The notes under the pieces: model-generated | Databases searched by the model: none | Seen by the model: the letters and a program-made list of their open reading frames with translations, nothing else | What the model was told of the DNA's origin: nothing | Program-made: the position numbers and the translations under genes | In this document: positions 56,864 through 64,000 of the stretch, one piece after another | Numbering within the stretch: the stretch's first letter is position 1 | Layout of the letters: each line of letters opens with the position of its first letter | Source: a virus | Lineage: Duplodnaviria; Caudoviricetes | IMG/VR virus record: IMGVR_UViG_3300032290_001036 | Coordinates: 2,510-66,509 of that record | Length of the DNA stretch: 64,000 nucleotides | Strand: one strand, 5' to 3'

Positions 56864-57024
56864 AGCGCTCAGCCCTTATGGGCTGGGCGTTTGCCCTTGT
56901 ATTGTTGATGCTTGCTGTATATCAGCAATCAGTGATTCAACGCGCTTACTTTAAAGCGAACGTTGCAGAGAAGTTAATGGAGCGTTCACAAGACGCTCTG
57001 GTGAATAAGGAGGTTAGTGAATGA
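56860..57024 (+). CDS. 54-aa single-TM protein absent from the ORF track
   Basis: GTGA and ATGA overlaps at both ends; (M)KRSALMGWAFALVLLMLAVYQQS... Confidence 0.7.
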   Translation: MKRSALMGWAFALVLLMLAVYQQSVIQRAYFKANVAEKLMERSQDALVNKEVSE

Positions 57025-57500
57025 AAGTGCAAACAGCGTACGTTGTAACGTACAAGGAGGTTGATGACTACGGTGATTCAATCACTGAAGTCAAGGCGAT
57101 GGGCACAGACAAGGAAGAGGTGTTCAATGCCTACCTTGACTTGCTTCCTAGCAAGGTAATGCATTGGTCAATGCGTTACGACTACTGGACGCAAGAAACA
57201 TTGGACAAATTCCTGTCTATTGTCCCTGACATGGACAAGCGCCCACATGTAGTTATCGCTGAATGCTACCCTTACGGGTTCTGTGATGAAGATGAAGGCA
57301 AGCCAGAGTTCAAGCGCTTTCACCTTGACTACGATTATGACCGTGAAGATCTCGACCCAGTTGATGAACCACGGCTCACTCGTGAGCAAAAGAAAGCACT
57401 TTCCGAACTGTTTGGTACACACTGGATGCCAAGCAGGCGCACATCGCATGAGTACACCTTTACCAAGGTGGCACTTGTGCCCATCGAAGAGAACAGGTAA
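57021..57500 (+). CDS. hypothetical acidic protein
   Basis: AAGGAGG RBS; 159 aa. Confidence 0.75.
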   Translation: MKVQTAYVVTYKEVDDYGDSITEVKAMGTDKEEVFNAYLDLLPSKVMHWSMRYDYWTQETLDKFLSIVPDMDKRPHVVIAECYPYGFCDEDEGKPEFKRFHLDYDYDREDLDPVDEPRLTREQKKALSELFGTHWMPSRRTSHEYTFTKVALVPIEENR

Positions 57501-57551
57501 AGCTGGTGCTAATCCGGGGTTCGATTCCCCGGTTACCCTTACCCGCAAGGG
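57496..57551 (+). ncRNA. tRNA-like element (T-arm plus short acceptor-like stem, no anticodon arm)
   Basis: CCGGGG-TTCGATT-CCCCGG, with GGTAA/TTACC closing the structure. Confidence 0.45.
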
Positions 57552-57593
57552 AACAATGGCTGGTATCCATAAACTACCGCAGAGGAGATTGGT

Positions 57594-58145
57594 ATGGTTA
57601 TTAATTACGGGTTCACAAGCCCAGTTCGTTACACAGAACCTAAAGCGGAGCTGGTTCTGGATCTTGAAGCAGCGTTTACACGTGTACTGCACAAGCGCAC
57701 GTATTTCGACTCAATCGTAAAAGGCATCCCTTACGAAGATAGTTATGCGACCACTGACGCTCGCATGTATCTGCAGGCTGCTTTTGCATGCAACGAGCTT
57801 GGTAAGCATGCTGAAGCACTCGCGTGGTACAGAGCGGCTGACGTTGTGTTCTGCGGAGAGCAGAACTCGTCCTCAATCGTTGGGCATGACTTGGATGTGC
57901 ACATGCAAATCATGGACACTGACAACCCAACGACATGGCACATTATCTGCGATGCGTTGGTTACAACACCGTACGGAAACCGCCATGAGGACATCATCCT
58001 CGGAACCGTTGAAGCAACAACTTTACCCAATGGACAGGCGTTCTTTGACAGGTTAGGTGAACTGAGGGATTACTGGTTTGAACGTACAGAGGAGGCGCAA
58101 GCCACCTACAAGCATCTCAACGAGTCGTTTAAATACGACAACTAA
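57594..58145 (+). CDS. hypothetical protein with a TPR-like helix pair
   Basis: GAGGAG RBS; YLQAAFACNELGKHAEALAWYRAA. Confidence 0.7.
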   Translation: MVINYGFTSPVRYTEPKAELVLDLEAAFTRVLHKRTYFDSIVKGIPYEDSYATTDARMYLQAAFACNELGKHAEALAWYRAADVVFCGEQNSSSIVGHDLDVHMQIMDTDNPTTWHIICDALVTTPYGNRHEDIILGTVEATTLPNGQAFFDRLGELRDYWFERTEEAQATYKHLNESFKYDN

Positions 58146-58153
58146 ACACACAA

Positions 58154-58177
58154 TGGGGAGGCAGAAATGTCTCCCCA
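58154..58177 (+). other. GAAA-tetraloop hairpin just before an RBS
   Basis: TGGGGAGGCA-GAAA-TGTCTCCCCA. Confidence 0.6.
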
Positions 58178-58189
58178 AAGGAGAAACAA

Positions 58190-58723
58190 ATGACACCGAA
58201 ATCGTTAGTTCAAGCAATACGCTTGGGGTTTGGTAAATACATTGCCAACACAACAGAGAAGCTAATGGCAAAAGCATACGTGCGACAATGCCAAACGCTT
58301 GCAGGTGATGACGAGATGAAACTCGCCGACTACATGAAACCAAGCATGGATCCAATATGCTTGTGGAGCAGCGTTGAGAAGATAAACGACAAAGGCCAAG
58401 TAGAACTTGGTGACTTTGTTGTTATTGTCAACGAGTTCCAAGAGCATTGGATTCTTGCTTTTGACGATTACGTCCATGCCCAAGAGATGGCCGATTTATA
58501 CACTGAGATGACAAAAGAAGCAGTGTTCATTCACCCAACAAGTGCAATATGCATCTTCACGCAAGAAGCACCTGTTATGGGTGCTCAATGTTGCAAGACA
58601 GATGGAGCAGTCATTGAGACACCAAAGAGTGTGTATCGCACACTCTATCGTCACTTTCTCAAAAGGCAACGAAAAATAGAGTTGCAAAAGAGATTGGCAC
58701 AACAGAAAGAGGAAAGCAAATGA
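58190..58723 (+). CDS. hypothetical protein
   Basis: AAGGAG RBS; 177 aa. Confidence 0.75.
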   Translation: MTPKSLVQAIRLGFGKYIANTTEKLMAKAYVRQCQTLAGDDEMKLADYMKPSMDPICLWSSVEKINDKGQVELGDFVVIVNEFQEHWILAFDDYVHAQEMADLYTEMTKEAVFIHPTSAICIFTQEAPVMGAQCCKTDGAVIETPKSVYRTLYRHFLKRQRKIELQKRLAQQKEESK

Positions 58724-59055
58724 AAGTCAGCATCAACACACGTAAACTCACCGAGTCGCAGATCAAGACCTTGGTTCGCCAAGGCATTCTCGACAAGTCG
58801 CACCTCCCACAAGAAGAACTCAACCCTACTGCCATCGAGGCAATGCAGTTCTTTCACCGTCATTTTCAGAATGACGAACTGGCTGCAATGGCTGGCAAAA
58901 CAACTGCGGCTTGGGTGTGGAATGTTGCTAATGGCAACACAATCAAGATGTACAAACTGCTCATTGAGCGGCTAAACATCACTCCAAGTGAGTTGCTGAT
59001 CATCCAGTCAGCATCCAAAGTACTCACCAATATTCAGTTGAGAAAGCCTGAGTAG
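58720..59055 (+). CDS. putative Cro/XRE-like HTH protein
   Basis: QNDELAAMAGKTTAAWVWNVANGNT...LIERLNITPSELL. Confidence 0.5.
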   Translation: MKVSINTRKLTESQIKTLVRQGILDKSHLPQEELNPTAIEAMQFFHRHFQNDELAAMAGKTTAAWVWNVANGNTIKMYKLLIERLNITPSELLIIQSASKVLTNIQLRKPE

Positions 59056-59121
59056 GGAGGGTCTAAATTTTAGTACCCTCCCAAAAATTGTAACCGGGAG
59101 GGTCTAAATATTACTACCCTC
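59055..59121. repeat. two tandem imperfect palindromes, 41-nt period
   Basis: GGGAGGGTCTAAATTTTAGTACCCTCCC and GGGAGGGTCTAAATATTACTACCCTC. Confidence 0.9.
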
Positions 59122-59166
59122 ATTACATTGAACAACAATTACTTTAACAATAAGATGGAGCATCCA

Positions 59167-59400
59167 ATGACAAGAGAGAAAGCCTTAGAGGCATTACGCG
59201 TTTACTGTGAATGGCAATATGACACAACCATGGAGTTGTGGTCAGCGCATTCACGAGAAGGATTCATGGATATTGCAATGACAGGATTGCAAAAATTAGA
59301 TGACAAAACATTGTCAACCATTGGCAAAGATGCAGTTAAACGCATGCAAAATCCAGTTGGCATGTTAGTACAGCAATTGAGGGAGATGCAAAATGCTTAA
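59167..59400 (+). CDS. hypothetical protein
   Basis: ATG 59167 after GGAG. Confidence 0.65.
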   Translation: MTREKALEALRVYCEWQYDTTMELWSAHSREGFMDIAMTGLQKLDDKTLSTIGKDAVKRMQNPVGMLVQQLREMQNA

Positions 59401-59701
59401 AGTCGGTCAAAGAGTTCGCAATGTACGCCGACCCAATGTGGTCGGCGTTATTGTTTCACTAGACGCACCGAACAATCAATGGGCTACACGTCCACAGGAC
59501 TTCCGTGTATTGGTCAAATACCCGCGATTGACCAGATTGTCTAACGGCAAGTGGAAAGGAGGCATATTAGACGAATTACCAGTAGACCTCGTAAAGACTG
59601 GTACTGAAATTCACGAAGCTTTTCAGGTTAAAGGTCAAAGAGGAAAAGAAGGTGGCGTCATTGCAAGAATTGGCGCATGGGACAAAAAGAGGAATAGCTA
59701 A
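59393..59701 (+). CDS. hypothetical protein, SH3/KOW-like
   Basis: LKVGQRVRNV...VGVIVSL. Confidence 0.65.
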   Translation: MLKVGQRVRNVRRPNVVGVIVSLDAPNNQWATRPQDFRVLVKYPRLTRLSNGKWKGGILDELPVDLVKTGTEIHEAFQVKGQRGKEGGVIARIGAWDKKRNS

Positions 59702-59817
59702 TGATTATTGTTGTATGCATCTGCATCGCATTATCATCAATCATTTTTTTGATTGCATGGTTTTTCAACACAATTGAAGTAGCTCAACGAGAGATTGATA
59801 AAAATGACACTGAGTAA
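59701..59817 (+). CDS. 38-aa single-TM peptide absent from the ORF track
   Basis: MIIVVCICIALSSIIFLIAWFFNTIEVAQREIDKNDTE; TAATG coupling. Confidence 0.6.
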   Translation: MIIVVCICIALSSIIFLIAWFFNTIEVAQREIDKNDTE

Positions 59818-60178
59818 TCATTACATAGCACCACAAAGCGCTGCTGTATTAATATACGCACACGCTAGAAGTAAATACACACACGCATTTACTCGTTTAG
59901 GTATGCGCAGCGGCATAACGAGTTTTGACAAAAATAGTACGTATGCTTTGTCTCAAACATTGAGGGTTGAGTTAGAAACATATGAGCCGTATCAAGCATA
60001 TCAATTTACTGTTGACTGTGACCTCATTGATAAAACAGAAGGTCAAATCAGAATTCATGGAGCACACTTCAATGAGGTGTATGTATTTGAAAGTGATGCA
60101 GATGCCATCGAGGCATGGCTTACGCAATTCAGAATGTGGTTGAGAGCACAAATGAAAGAGGACAAAAACAATGACTAA
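59804..60178 (+). CDS. hypothetical protein
   Basis: Overlaps both neighbours. Confidence 0.65.
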   Translation: MTLSNHYIAPQSAAVLIYAHARSKYTHAFTRLGMRSGITSFDKNSTYALSQTLRVELETYEPYQAYQFTVDCDLIDKTEGQIRIHGAHFNEVYVFESDADAIEAWLTQFRMWLRAQMKEDKNND

Positions 60179-60482
60179 ACACTACAAGATTCTTATATTG
60201 CGATTCGCCTATCTCCATATCCATCCGGGTGGAGGTTTTGAGAAGCTCATCAAGCTTACACCGCAGTTTCAACAGTTCCTTGATAAAGAAGCACGTATGT
60301 TTCTTACAGAGATCCTTGACTTTGCAGATGCTCACGTGCCGCATGACACTCGCAATGTCATGGGCTTTGACGACTGGCTTGGCGATGAGCCTACTCGTGA
60401 AGAGCATCTATTGTTTGATAAGTGGATGGCAACACTGCAAGAAATGCCTGTGCATCCAGCAGGCTGGGAGATTATTGACTAA
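60171..60482 (+). CDS. hypothetical protein
   Basis: GAGG RBS; coupled. Confidence 0.65.
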   Translation: MTKHYKILILRFAYLHIHPGGGFEKLIKLTPQFQQFLDKEARMFLTEILDFADAHVPHDTRNVMGFDDWLGDEPTREEHLLFDKWMATLQEMPVHPAGWEIID

Positions 60483-60754
60483 TGGCAAACTATCCATACT
60501 GTTACACCAATCAGTGTTATGACTTTGAGGGCCGAGAATTCGGCCCTCCTACTCTTTATAGGGATGGGAAAACCGCTAAGATGATGGCTCGCTACAGAGT
60601 CATCATCCAACAAGATTCCACACCTGTAATGCAGGTGCGGATAACACGGCGTCGTAATGGAAACAGGCTGGACGAGCCGTGGATGCTTGTTTGGTTTGAT
60701 GACAAAACCGGACAACCAACACAAACACAAAAGAAAGAACACTTAATTAAATGA
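60482..60754 (+). CDS. hypothetical protein
   Basis: TAATG coupling. Confidence 0.6.
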   Translation: MANYPYCYTNQCYDFEGREFGPPTLYRDGKTAKMMARYRVIIQQDSTPVMQVRITRRRNGNRLDEPWMLVWFDDKTGQPTQTQKKEHLIK

Positions 60755-61005
60755 GATTTGTACCTGAAGTTTTATATGGAACTCTTGTCGTTGAGCATCT
60801 TTTATCAATCGAAATGATAACAAAAGATCATTACGATGAGTGTTGGAAGATGTTTAAAGACATTTCTGATCCAGTTAATTACGTTTTGATTGATCTTTCA
60901 CAAATTCTTACTGAGCGTGATGATTACAATCGAGACAATGCTATTAACTACATTATAAAAGCTGAAAATCTTATAGATTTTTACAACACCAAGCTCGCCA
61001 TCTAA
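60751..61005 (+). CDS. hypothetical protein
   Basis: Overlaps the previous stop. Confidence 0.6.
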   Translation: MRFVPEVLYGTLVVEHLLSIEMITKDHYDECWKMFKDISDPVNYVLIDLSQILTERDDYNRDNAINYIIKAENLIDFYNTKLAI

Positions 61006-61011
61006 TGTTTT

Positions 61012-61043
61012 ATGTGAGGGGTGCGTCTCACTAAAAACGCACA
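61012..61043 (+). ncRNA. intergenic H-type pseudoknot element, copy 1
   Basis: GTGAG-GG-GTGCGT-CTCAC-TAAAA-ACGCAC. Confidence 0.6.
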
Positions 61044-61058
61044 GAAAGAAACAAACAA

Positions 61059-61550
61059 ATGTCACTTCCAATCTACACAAACTATTTCGTTGAGCGCCTT
61101 ACCGCTAACCACACTCGTCTTCAAGAAGGCACACTTGGTCGCTATGAATACTATGAGTCTTACTCACATGACAAAGAGATGAATATCAATGATTGTCGGT
61201 TTAAACTGACATACAAACTGCGCTTTGAGATTGCTGACAAAGAAAGCAATGCTTTGCCAGTACCTAATGTCATTATTGGAATAACTTTTGAGGCATACGA
61301 GGACAAGGATGTATCAACCCTTAGTCCATCAGCTAGTAAGACTACTGACTATAACGTCACCCTTACGAAAACTGAGTTCCTTGAACAAGTTGCTGAAGCC
61401 ATTGAGCGCTACAAGGCGCTCATTGAAGACTTTCCGATTCCACAGCTTGATTTTGACTTCTGGCCACAAACAGCCAAGTTGATGAAGCAGTTTGATAAGC
61501 AGACTTCATCAACTGAGCGTGACAACTCAGACTTCCTAATAAAGAAGTAA
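61059..61550 (+). CDS. hypothetical acidic protein flanked by direct repeats
   Basis: 163 aa; A-rich leader. Confidence 0.75.
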   Translation: MSLPIYTNYFVERLTANHTRLQEGTLGRYEYYESYSHDKEMNINDCRFKLTYKLRFEIADKESNALPVPNVIIGITFEAYEDKDVSTLSPSASKTTDYNVTLTKTEFLEQVAEAIERYKALIEDFPIPQLDFDFWPQTAKLMKQFDKQTSSTERDNSDFLIKK

Positions 61551-61554
61551 TCAC

Positions 61555-61586
61555 ATGTGAGGGGTGCGTCTCACTAACAACGCACA
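61555..61586 (+). ncRNA. intergenic H-type pseudoknot element, copy 2
   Basis: GTGAG-GG-GTGCGT-CTCAC-TAACA-ACGCAC. Confidence 0.6.
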
Positions 61587-61609
61587 CTACACAATACAAA
61601 GGTAACACA

Positions 61610-61873
61610 ATGAAATACACAATTGAAACGTTCCGCGCACTCGTTGACAGGATGATGGTCAACAGCGTTGGGTTGACATCCAGTGACCTGCCAGACGTAA
61701 GTCTATGGGATTACTTTGACACAGACACAGACTATACAAAACAAGAGATAACCGAAACAGCAAAAGACGCAATCGCAGACATTCTCATGGAAGGTGATTG
61801 CCCATCTGATGTCATTGATGACACTATGACCCACATTGGAATGACACTTTACCAAGGAGTTAAAAATGACTAA
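61610..61873 (+). CDS. hypothetical acidic protein
   Basis: 87 aa; VGLTSSDLPDVSLWDYFD. Confidence 0.7.
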   Translation: MKYTIETFRALVDRMMVNSVGLTSSDLPDVSLWDYFDTDTDYTKQEITETAKDAIADILMEGDCPSDVIDDTMTHIGMTLYQGVKND

Positions 61874-62105
61874 ACGAGATAAAGCACATATGGATGCAGT
61901 TCTCAAGCACTGCAACCTCGACGTATTCACATATAGCCCCGGCGATGGCGTTACACGCTATAAGTTTGCACCCAAAGGTATGTATGGTGATTACTTTGTA
62001 GCCGACTCTGGAGCACGAGCCTGTGGATTTAGCGAGGCTATGACATGGCTGTATGGCTATCAACAAGCACTTATCGATCATCACATGAATGGAAACAAAA
62101 TCTAA
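61866..62105 (+). CDS. hypothetical protein
   Basis: AAGGAG RBS; YSPGDGVTRYKF. Confidence 0.7.
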   Translation: MTKRDKAHMDAVLKHCNLDVFTYSPGDGVTRYKFAPKGMYGDYFVADSGARACGFSEAMTWLYGYQQALIDHHMNGNKI

Positions 62106-62344
62106 TGACACGAATCGCTTTAGTATCAGTACCAATGTTCAATGCACCCGGCATGTTGCGTTGGGCACGTCACTATTACCGCATGAAGAATGCATCCAAG
62201 AAAGATAAGAAGTACTTCCTTGGAATCCTCAAGGCTTGGGTCAACAGCGAGAAGCGAGCTAAGTATTGTCTTGAATGCGATGACTCAATGATTGAGTGGG
62301 AAGATGATGTCGTCACCATCACAATAGATGAGGAAAAAAAATGA
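62105..62344 (+). CDS. hypothetical protein
   Basis: TAATG coupling; MTRIALVSVP start. Confidence 0.65.
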   Translation: MTRIALVSVPMFNAPGMLRWARHYYRMKNASKKDKKYFLGILKAWVNSEKRAKYCLECDDSMIEWEDDVVTITIDEEKK

Positions 62345-62658
62345 GTTTTGAATTTACACCTATCAAATACACATTCTGGAGCACGTTCGGGGATAACACC
62401 CCGAATGACTTCATTGCTTGCTACATTGAGCCACACTACGGTAATCCATGTGCCATCAAAATAAGGCGCAGACTTGGACGTGAAATTGGATGTCTTGGGA
62501 TACGACGTGGTGTTGAGTGGTATTGCCATGACACAAATTACAGCATGTACAGTGAGCGTCATTGCATGGTCGGTTTTGCTGAAGTCCTTGCACCTGTAAC
62601 TGTTGAGTCTAAAGCACAAGCTCTATCAGTGTGTGAGTTTATGGAGTTAAAACAATGA
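62341..62658 (+). CDS. hypothetical protein
   Basis: ATGA overlap. Confidence 0.65.
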   Translation: MSFEFTPIKYTFWSTFGDNTPNDFIACYIEPHYGNPCAIKIRRRLGREIGCLGIRRGVEWYCHDTNYSMYSERHCMVGFAEVLAPVTVESKAQALSVCEFMELKQ

Positions 62659-63038
62659 GTGAATGGTTTAGCTTAGAGGACAGAAACTACTACCATGACC
62701 ACCGCGTACAAGGTGGTCGTGATCGTTGGTGGATAGACATCAATGAGCGAAAGATGTTAGCAAGGCACAAGTATGACACTGAAGATGACAAACAAGTTTG
62801 GTACAGGTTCAAGTATGAGACGTGCGACACATGCGATGGTAAAGGCCATCATGTTAATCCTTCTGTTGATTGTAATGGTCTGAGTTACGAAGATTTATAC
62901 GACGATGGCTATGCAGAAGATTACTTTGATGGTGTGTATGACGTGGATTGTTACAAATGCCATGGCAACAGAGTAATGCCAGTCAAGTTTGGTAAGCCAA
63001 TATACATAGAAGTTAAAGAGGATGATGACGATGAGTGA
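62655..63038 (+). CDS. protein with DnaJ-type CxxCxGxG zinc finger
   Basis: CDTCDGKG and CYKCHGNR. Confidence 0.7.
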   Translation: MSEWFSLEDRNYYHDHRVQGGRDRWWIDINERKMLARHKYDTEDDKQVWYRFKYETCDTCDGKGHHVNPSVDCNGLSYEDLYDDGYAEDYFDGVYDVDCYKCHGNRVMPVKFGKPIYIEVKEDDDDE

Positions 63039-63432
63039 TAAAAGCATCTTTTTACAAGCATGGGACGAGATCATTGAAGATAGTGAGGTAGTACAAGAGT
63101 GCTACCTTTCTCTTTATGAGAACGTGCCTTACTACGGTGGACCAGAAGAAGGAGGATGGTGGGGGTATTTACAGATACTCAAAAAATATTGCAAGTGTTC
63201 ATCATATGCACAAGCAGAAATGCTGATGGAAAAATTGCGTGGTCACTGCGAAGAACTAACAGAAGCAGCAAAGAAAGCTGATGGTAATGATTGTTTACGT
63301 CACATGCACCGCGCTGATCAACGTGGTGAAGATGTTGATGATGATGGATATGACGGACCATCAACGTATTACATGCAAATCGAGTCGATGCCCGGACAGC
63401 ATCAAAACACAACGAGGAGTCATTATGAATAG
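63022..63432 (+). CDS. hypothetical acidic protein
   Basis: YLSLYE..PYYGGPEEGGWW motif. Confidence 0.7.
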   Translation: MMTMSDKSIFLQAWDEIIEDSEVVQECYLSLYENVPYYGGPEEGGWWGYLQILKKYCKCSSYAQAEMLMEKLRGHCEELTEAAKKADGNDCLRHMHRADQRGEDVDDDGYDGPSTYYMQIESMPGQHQNTTRSHYE

Positions 63433-63808
63433 AAGATACCCAGAGTACTACTACTATCAGGCAGCAGAAATCATCATGAATGCTGCGGCACAGATATGGG
63501 AGTTACAGTGGCATAACAGTGAATGGAAAGACTGCCCAGTTAATGCACATCGTACATACAGCATCGATGTACTTGATGATGATGAGGATGTGTATGACAC
63601 ATGGAAGTTTCGCATTGAGTGTGGCTTTGCACTTGATTGTAAAGGAAAGAAGTGCAAAGGCGAATGCGATGACCTAAGCACAGTCAATATAGACATTGGC
63701 TGGGCTGGCATCAGTAAGGAGGATGCGTTTTACATATGTGAAATCATTGACAAAGACGACGAAAGATTTTCAGTATTTTGGTTTTGGAATGACGGAGTAA
63801 CAAAATGA
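63425..63808 (+). CDS. hypothetical acidic protein
   Basis: ATG 63425 after GAGGAG. Confidence 0.65.
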   Translation: MNRRYPEYYYYQAAEIIMNAAAQIWELQWHNSEWKDCPVNAHRTYSIDVLDDDEDVYDTWKFRIECGFALDCKGKKCKGECDDLSTVNIDIGWAGISKEDAFYICEIIDKDDERFSVFWFWNDGVTK

Positions 63809-64000
63809 CAGCAAGAGAATATCTAAACAAGTTTGGCATGGATCCAAATCCAGCCCTTTTCACTAACGTACACAATGGCAAGCACATGAAACCTAAGTAC
63901 AACTCATACTGTATGTACACAGGATGGTCACAGCTTGACCCACGACACAACATCATTGCAGTTATGTCTAACTGTCAGACTAACAACGAGGACTACAACA
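63805..64000 (+). CDS. hypothetical protein, truncated by the window end
   Basis: ATGA overlap; MTAREYLNKFGMDPNP... stays open to the end. Confidence 0.55.
   Translation, partial: MTAREYLNKFGMDPNPALFTNVHNGKHMKPKYNSYCMYTGWSQLDPRHNIIAVMSNCQTNNEDYN

Noticed and set aside
56864-56890. GC hairpin as a terminator
   Set aside because: It lies inside the coupled 54-aa ORF and has only a 3-T tail
59055-59121. Possible mini-CRISPR array
   Set aside because: Only two imperfect copies with a 13-nt spacer, and no cas genes or leader; no CRISPR array was seen anywhere in the window
61003-61586. Stop-codon readthrough or frameshifting driven by the pseudoknots
   Set aside because: In-frame stops follow within 4 codons (copy 1) and 9 codons (copy 2), and there is no slippery heptamer
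1-64000. Alternative genetic code, inteins, introns, integrase, DGR or retron
   Set aside because: Code 11 gives tightly packed full-length genes; DnaB, TerL and ThyX have normal lengths; no recombinase or reverse-transcriptase motifs were seen

Overview
The whole window looks like most of the genome of an uncharacterised, AT-rich tailed dsDNA phage. No host housekeeping genes, integrase, DNA polymerase or recognisable RNA polymerase were seen. (1) 1-6.4 kb, + strand: recombination and replication genes (VRR-NUC-like nuclease, Sak/Rad52-like annealase, Gam-like protein, LmbU-like regulator, HTH replication initiator, helicase loader, DnaB). (2) 51.8 kb down to 6.4 kb, - strand: one long late block. 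In transcription order it holds DUF6321-like, 3D-domain and small basic proteins, a 2178-aa orphan, TerS, TerL, portal, scaffold, a BPP-1/epsilon15-type major capsid protein, a decoration protein, two adaptor-like proteins, holin-like genes, a fibre module, a 1378-aa nozzle, three ejection-type proteins ending in a 4232-aa zincin-bearing giant, and a CHAP endolysin. No tape measure, tube or sheath gene was recognised, so a podovirus-like virion is inferred. (3) 51.9-55.8 kb: LuxR-type HTH, ssb, dut, thyX, an SNase-like nuclease, tRNA-Leu(UAA) and tRNA-Asn(GUU), with a recurring 15-nt promoter/operator motif. (4) 56-64 kb, + strand: small orphan early-type genes. The least explained signals are non-coding: two near-identical H-type pseudoknots in 5' leaders, a tRNA-elbow-like element without an anticodon arm, a 20-bp hairpin hiding a start codon just behind tRNA-Asn, SD/anti-SD-rich elements, tandem palindromes after an HTH gene, and a five-copy TACTTACGGTAHNHT motif. 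All family assignments come from motifs recognised by eye; no database searches were run.
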